DNA of 19,443 bases from Bdellovibrionota bacterium (lineage in GTDB: Bacteria; Bdellovibrionota_C; UBA2361; OMII01). Positions 15,122-19,443 of this stretch are shown here, piece by piece (position 1 is the stretch's first letter; every line of letters begins with the position of its first letter). The stretch spans positions 1-19,443 of the forward strand of contig JBIKWQ010000064.1 in NCBI GenBank assembly GCA_044356215.1. The letters run 5' to 3'. The notes under the pieces are model-generated. The model had not been told where the DNA came from. It did not search any database and was given only the letters and a program-made list of their open reading frames with translations. The position numbers and the translations under genes were made by a program.

Positions 15122-17845
15122 CTAACGTTTGCTAGCTTTGCGACGAGCCTTGCGCTGCGCCTCAAGCTTAGATCGCTCATCGCCCTGAATGGCAGATTGG
15201 CCGGAGTCATCAGCTCCGCTCTCGGAGGTAACATCACTTCCGTGAACCATCTTCATCTGCCGCTGACGCTCCTCATGACGCGCGCGCTCCTGTTCGATGT
15301 GTTTAATCACCTCTTCTACTGGTGGCACATCGTGGTAGCAAAGCCTTCGAATAACGCTCTCTTTTAACTCCAGAAGCATCTGCTGAAAGAGGACAAACCC
15401 TTCTTTTTGGTACTCATGAAGCGGATTCTTCTGACCATAACCGCGTAGTCCGATCCCTTCACGTAGGTGATCCATCTCTTGCAGATGGTGGCGCCAGAAG
15501 TAATCTACCGCCTCTAATAGAGTGTCTTGCTCGATCAACTCAAAACCAACCGCTGCGTCTCCATCTAAGCTGCCGCGATTAAGCTGCGGAGCCACACCTA
15601 TCTCACGTAGCCCGCGAAGTTTCTCTGATTGAGCGTCTACGTGTCCTTGATAAAAGGATCTAGCCGCTGAGCGGAGCGCGTCAAATATCGCTTGATGCGA
15701 AAGTTCTATATCAGATTTGAACTCAAACTTCTGACCAAAAAGGTACTCGTAGCGCTCGGCTAATTCACCAATCGACCACTCTACCGGTTTAACTCGCTCA
15801 TCACACTTATCTACGATCGCCGCCTCTATAAGATCATCGATCATCTCGAGGATCTCCTCGCGAATCGCCTCATTTCTGAGGACTCGGCTGCGCAGATTAT
15901 AGATTACCTGTCTCTGCTTGTTCATCACGTCATCGTATTCAGTAACGTGCTTGCGGCTGTCAAAGTGCATACCCTCGACACGCTTCTGAGCTGTCTCAAT
16001 GGTTCGGCTCATCAATGAGTGATCAAGGGCCATCCCCTCTTCCCAACCCATACGTAGCATTAACTGCTGGAGCCTCTCCCCCTGGAAACGCACCATTAGA
16101 TCATCTTCTAGCGATATATAAAACCGAGATTCTCCTGGATCACCTTGGCGACCAGCGCGACCACGGAGCTGATTATCGATTCTACGTGACTCGTGACGCT
16201 CCGTACCCATCACAACGAGACCACCCGCCTCCACTACTCTGGCGTGCTCCTCGTCGCACTGCTCTTTAAACCGCGCTAACGCCGCCTGATAATTAGGATC
16301 GACTGGATCGCGAGTACCGCACTCCTCAGCGGCCATGAAATCAGGGTTTCCTCCAAGAAGGATGTCTGTTCCGCGTCCAGCCATGTTGGTTGATATCGTA
16401 ACCGCTCCGAAGCGCCCAGCCTGCGCGATAATCTCCGCCTCGCGTTGATGATGCTTGGCGTTTAAGACGTTGTGCGCTATCCCCTTCTCTTTAAGTAGCT
16501 TTGATAGCATCTCGCTCTGATCGATACTGATAGTTCCTACCAGTATCGGCTGACCCTTGGCGTGCACCTCCTCGATATCGGCCAACACAGCCGCGTATTT
16601 CTCACGCCGTGTACGATAAACAACATCCACATGATCCCTGCGCACCATGCGACGGTTTGTTGGGATTACTGAGACCTCAAGGCTATATATCTGCTTAAAC
16701 TCACCAGCCTCTGTATCCGCTGTGCCGGTCATTCCACCTAACTTCTCATACATACGGAAGTAGTTCTGAAATGTAATAGAGGCCATCGTCTGGTTCTCTC
16801 TCTGAACCGGAACTCCCTCCTTAGCCTCGATCGCTTGATGCAGGCCATTTGACCAACGCCTTCCTGGCATGAGCCTTCCAGTGAATTCATCAACGATAAC
16901 GATCTGACCACCCTGAACTACATAATCCACGTCGCGTTGAAACGATGTATAGGCACGTAGGCCCTGTGTCACATGGTGCAACAGCTCGATATTTGAAGGG
17001 TCGTAGAGATTCGTGACGCCAAGTAGCCGCTCAGTTTTTTGAATACCGACATCTGTTAAAGAAGGCTGCTTTGAACGGAGATCCATCTCAAAATCAACAT
17101 CCTTGGTAAGATGTGGGATAATCGAATTAACGCTAAGGTAGGTCTCAGTCGACTCCTCTGACGGACCTGAGATAATTAGAGGGGTACGCGCCTCATCGAT
17201 TAAGATCGAATCAACCTCATCAACTATCGCGAAATAATGCCCGCGCTGAACCATCTCGGCGGCGGAGAACTTCATATTATCGCGGAGATAATCGAAGCCA
17301 AACTCATTGTTCTGACCGTACGTTATATCCGCCTGGTATGCCTCTTTCTTCTCCTCGTCGCTCATTCCGTGATAAACGCAGCCAACGGTGAGACCTAGAA
17401 ACTTGTGGATCCGCCCCATCCACTCAGCGTCACGCTTTGCGAGGTAATCGTTTACCGTTACAACGTGAACCCCTTTGCCGGTTAGCGCGTTAAGATAAGA
17501 CGGCAGAGTGGCTACAAGGGTCTTACCTTCTCCGGTTCTCATCTCGGCTATCATCTTATGGTGCAATATAGCGCCTCCGATTAACTGCACATCGAAGTGA
17601 CGCATACCTAGAACTCTGCGCGACGCCTCACGCACGACGGCGAACGCATCTGGCAAGATATCATCTAAATGCTCACCTTGAGCCAAGCGCTCCTTTAGCT
17701 TAGCTGTCTGCCCAGAAAGCTCTTCATCACTCATCGGCTGGTAGTGGCGCTCTAGAGCGTTAATCTTTAAAACTACCGGCTTCAGGCCCTTTAGTATCCG
17801 ATCGTTACGAGTTCCAAATATCTTCTTAGCTAGGTAAACAAACAT
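15122..17845 (-). CDS. secA: Preprotein translocase ATPase SecA
   Basis: MRHFDVQLIGG, EMRTGEGKT, VVTVNDYLA, DEVDSILIDEARTPLIISG, TNMAGRGTDI, RRIDNQLRGRAGRQGDPG and GYGQKNPLHEY. Confidence 0.98.
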   Translation of the reverse strand: MFVYLAKKIFGTRNDRILKGLKPVVLKINALERHYQPMSDEELSGQTAKLKERLAQGEHLDDILPDAFAVVREASRRVLGMRHFDVQLIGGAILHHKMIAEMRTGEGKTLVATLPSYLNALTGKGVHVVTVNDYLAKRDAEWMGRIHKFLGLTVGCVYHGMSDEEKKEAYQADITYGQNNEFGFDYLRDNMKFSAAEMVQRGHYFAIVDEVDSILIDEARTPLIISGPSEESTETYLSVNSIIPHLTKDVDFEMDLRSKQPSLTDVGIQKTERLLGVTNLYDPSNIELLHHVTQGLRAYTSFQRDVDYVVQGGQIVIVDEFTGRLMPGRRWSNGLHQAIEAKEGVPVQRENQTMASITFQNYFRMYEKLGGMTGTADTEAGEFKQIYSLEVSVIPTNRRMVRRDHVDVVYRTRREKYAAVLADIEEVHAKGQPILVGTISIDQSEMLSKLLKEKGIAHNVLNAKHHQREAEIIAQAGRFGAVTISTNMAGRGTDILLGGNPDFMAAEECGTRDPVDPNYQAALARFKEQCDEEHARVVEAGGLVVMGTERHESRRIDNQLRGRAGRQGDPGESRFYISLEDDLMVRFQGERLQQLMLRMGWEEGMALDHSLMSRTIETAQKRVEGMHFDSRKHVTEYDDVMNKQRQVIYNLRSRVLRNEAIREEILEMIDDLIEAAIVDKCDERVKPVEWSIGELAERYEYLFGQKFEFKSDIELSHQAIFDALRSAARSFYQGHVDAQSEKLRGLREIGVAPQLNRGSLDGDAAVGFELIEQDTLLEAVDYFWRHHLQEMDHLREGIGLRGYGQKNPLHEYQKEGFVLFQQMLLELKESVIRRLCYHDVPPVEEVIKHIEQERARHEERQRQMKMVHGSDVTSESGADDSGQSAIQGDERSKLEAQRKARRKASKR

Positions 17846-18002
17846 GGCGAAACAATCCTAAGACACGACCGCTAAAGCGGGGATTAACCCCTCAGGCTCT
17901 CAGTTCAGACGGGAAAATACACCCTAACAGGAGAGCGGCTTAAGTATATGCGGCTTAGCTAAAAAGAGCGAGATATGAAGCTAAATACAGGAATTGCCGG
18001 GA

Positions 18003-18380
18003 CTAATATCTGTCAAAAAAGCGGATTAAGGCGGGATTAAGCAATCTAGACACTATTACCTGTCTAATAAGCCCGGCTCCCCAAGGAGCTGCCCGGTGAG
18101 CCTCACTTGACCCCTCATTAAAAAGAGCACCTGGAGAACTCCGAATCCGCCCGGCCCCCCAGATCGCTCCCAATATAAAAGAGGCGGCACAAGCTAGGAG
18201 CGGTCGCGCCGATATAGCATCCCTCACACCCAGAGGATTATAAAAATCATCGACTTTGCGGTAAACCTCATCCCTTAACTGCCCAAGATGCTGGCCTAGA
18301 TCGTGGCCGGTCTTCCGGATCTCTCGTCGTAGAAGTTCATTTTCCGCCGTGTGATCCTCTCGTGCAGTAGCCATAAGCAA
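18003..18380 (-). CDS. Small membrane-associated protein (YqjK/DUF3618-like operon position)
   Basis: N-terminal LRREIRKT amphipathic helix and a hydrophobic segment PLLACAASFILGAIWG; third gene of the operon. Confidence 0.6.
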   Translation of the reverse strand: MLMATAREDHTAENELLRREIRKTGHDLGQHLGQLRDEVYRKVDDFYNPLGVRDAISARPLLACAASFILGAIWGAGRIRSSPGALFNEGSSEAHRAAPWGAGLIRQVIVSRLLNPALIRFFDRY

Positions 18381-18386
18381 AAATTC

Positions 18387-18782
18387 CTACATCCAATCAA
18401 AACCTTCTCTTAAGGCTTGAAACGTCCTTTCGGAATCCTCTTTTGCCTCCTTAAGATTTCTCAAGCCCCAATAGGCGAAAAGAGACCCCAAGGTCACAGA
18501 AAACAAAGCGACGGTTCCATAAGCAGCCCACAGAGGCATAGCGAACCAGGGCCCGGCGAGAAGGTGCGCTAACATGAACGCCAAAAGAAGGATAGCGGCA
18601 AGCGCCACGGCGCCTCCTGCTGAGATAAGCATCAGGGCTCGTCTTGTCTTATCCCCCTCTGCTCGCGCCTCAGTTTTGATTAGCTGGGCCTCCTGGCGCA
18701 TCAACTTCCTAGCATCGTCGAGCACCTCCTTTAAAAGAGGTGTAACGGTTGATTCTAATTCTTCCCTCAGCGACTCTATCAT
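18387..18782 (-). CDS. YqjE-like (phage holin-like superfamily III) two-TM membrane protein
   Basis: LLKEVLDDARKLMRQEAQLIKTEAR is followed by two TM helices, PLWAAYG and a C-terminal ERTFQALRE. Confidence 0.75.
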   Translation of the reverse strand: MIESLREELESTVTPLLKEVLDDARKLMRQEAQLIKTEARAEGDKTRRALMLISAGGAVALAAILLLAFMLAHLLAGPWFAMPLWAAYGTVALFSVTLGSLFAYWGLRNLKEAKEDSERTFQALREGFDWM

Positions 18783-18795
18783 CTTCTCTGGCCCC

Positions 18796-19167
18796 CTACC
18801 TGCGAGCTGCCCTTACAAGACTCCCAAGAGCTAGGCCTGCTATCAAACATACACCAAGGGACCTAAGTGGATGGCGTCTTACCACGCCACGTAAATTTTG
18901 CGTGACTTCCTCCTGGATCATGTACTGGCCGGTTGAATCCAGCGCACTTGAGACACGTTCCAATGCACTCTTTGCTAAACTATCCTCACGTGGAGCGCGC
19001 TCTTTGACGATATTCGCCGCCGCTCGCATCTTAGCTCCGATAAGATTAAGCGCCTTGTCTAGGTACTGACCAGCCGAGTGCGCTTGCGCCTCGTCTTGTA
19101 ATTGAGCCGGATTAGGCCCCTGATTAGTTGATGATTGCCCCGGAATAAATGACGTTGCCTGCTCCAT
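18796..19167 (-). CDS. ElaB/YqjD/DUF883-like tail-anchored membrane protein
   Basis: Helical body with C-terminal VRRHPLRSLGVCLIAGLALGSLVRAARR. AAGGAG Shine-Dalgarno sequence upstream. Confidence 0.7.
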   Translation of the reverse strand: MEQATSFIPGQSSTNQGPNPAQLQDEAQAHSAGQYLDKALNLIGAKMRAAANIVKERAPREDSLAKSALERVSSALDSTGQYMIQEEVTQNLRGVVRRHPLRSLGVCLIAGLALGSLVRAARR

Positions 19168-19401
19168 AACTCTAAGCTCCTTTAGGACTAATACGGTTTA
19201 ACTGCCTGGCGAACGAATTTACAGGCTTATTGAGTTGTAATTGAATGACTAAGCTTAGGGAGGAGCGGCAAAACCTCGCTTACGTGATGTTTTGTTGGAA
19301 ACGGCGCGTTCGCGCCTTTTAGGGAAGGCCGGCAAAACCTACCCGTAGCGAGAAAGTGGAGGTTGAGTTGATATTCGATTTTCGAGATGGGAAAAAACCG
19401 C

Positions 19402-19429
19402 ACCAGACTACGCCAAGGCTACGTCTGGT
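19402..19429 (-). repeat. Solo REP-like palindrome resembling the tRNA-linked hairpins
   Basis: Minus strand ACCAGAC-GTA-GC-CTTG-GC-GTA-GTCTGGT: outer stem, internal loop starting with GTA, and inner stem. Confidence 0.55.
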
Positions 19430-19443
19430 CCGACAAAAGCCTC

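Noticed and set aside
18387..18782. Phage lysis holin
   Set aside because: The yqjD/yqjE-like operon context is a common chromosomal module, and no endolysin or phage genes are nearby.
10551..19069. Short antisense or alternate-frame ORFs within gyrA, gpsA, hemW, secA and the small membrane genes
   Set aside because: They are shadow ORFs of well-supported genes with no independent evidence.
2911..19167. Genome-wide reassignment of TAG to a sense codon
   Set aside because: TAG is the natural stop of udk, the binding protein, the TrmB-like gene, gpsA, secA and the three small membrane genes. Read-through would fuse SecA to HemW and run gpsA into hemW.

Overview
Bacterial chromosomal window with three parts. 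(1) Positions 1-1270 hold a tRNA cluster: Ser-GGA and Ser-TGA on the minus strand, Arg-ACG and Ser-GCT on the plus strand. The trailers of Ser-GGA and Ser-GCT carry arrays of a 30-bp hairpin repeat with a GUA/GAA internal loop and mostly GNRA tetraloops. (2) Positions 1755-8919 form a partly decayed accessory stretch: a hypothetical ORF, tadA, a two-domain cytidine deaminase and uridine kinase pair, methyltransferase and GNAT remnants, an orphan LivJ-like binding protein, a tandem-domain asparaginase-like gene, a divergent TrmB-like regulator and tRNA-Ser-CGA. The deaminase, udk and asparaginase-like genes each contain exactly one in-frame TAG in an otherwise continuous frame. (3) Positions 8926-19443 carry a GT2 glycosyltransferase, a structured intergenic region, gyrA, gpsA, hemW, secA and a yqjD/yqjE-like small membrane protein operon. 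No integrase, transposase or CRISPR-Cas system is visible. All calls come from reading the sequence; no database searches were run.
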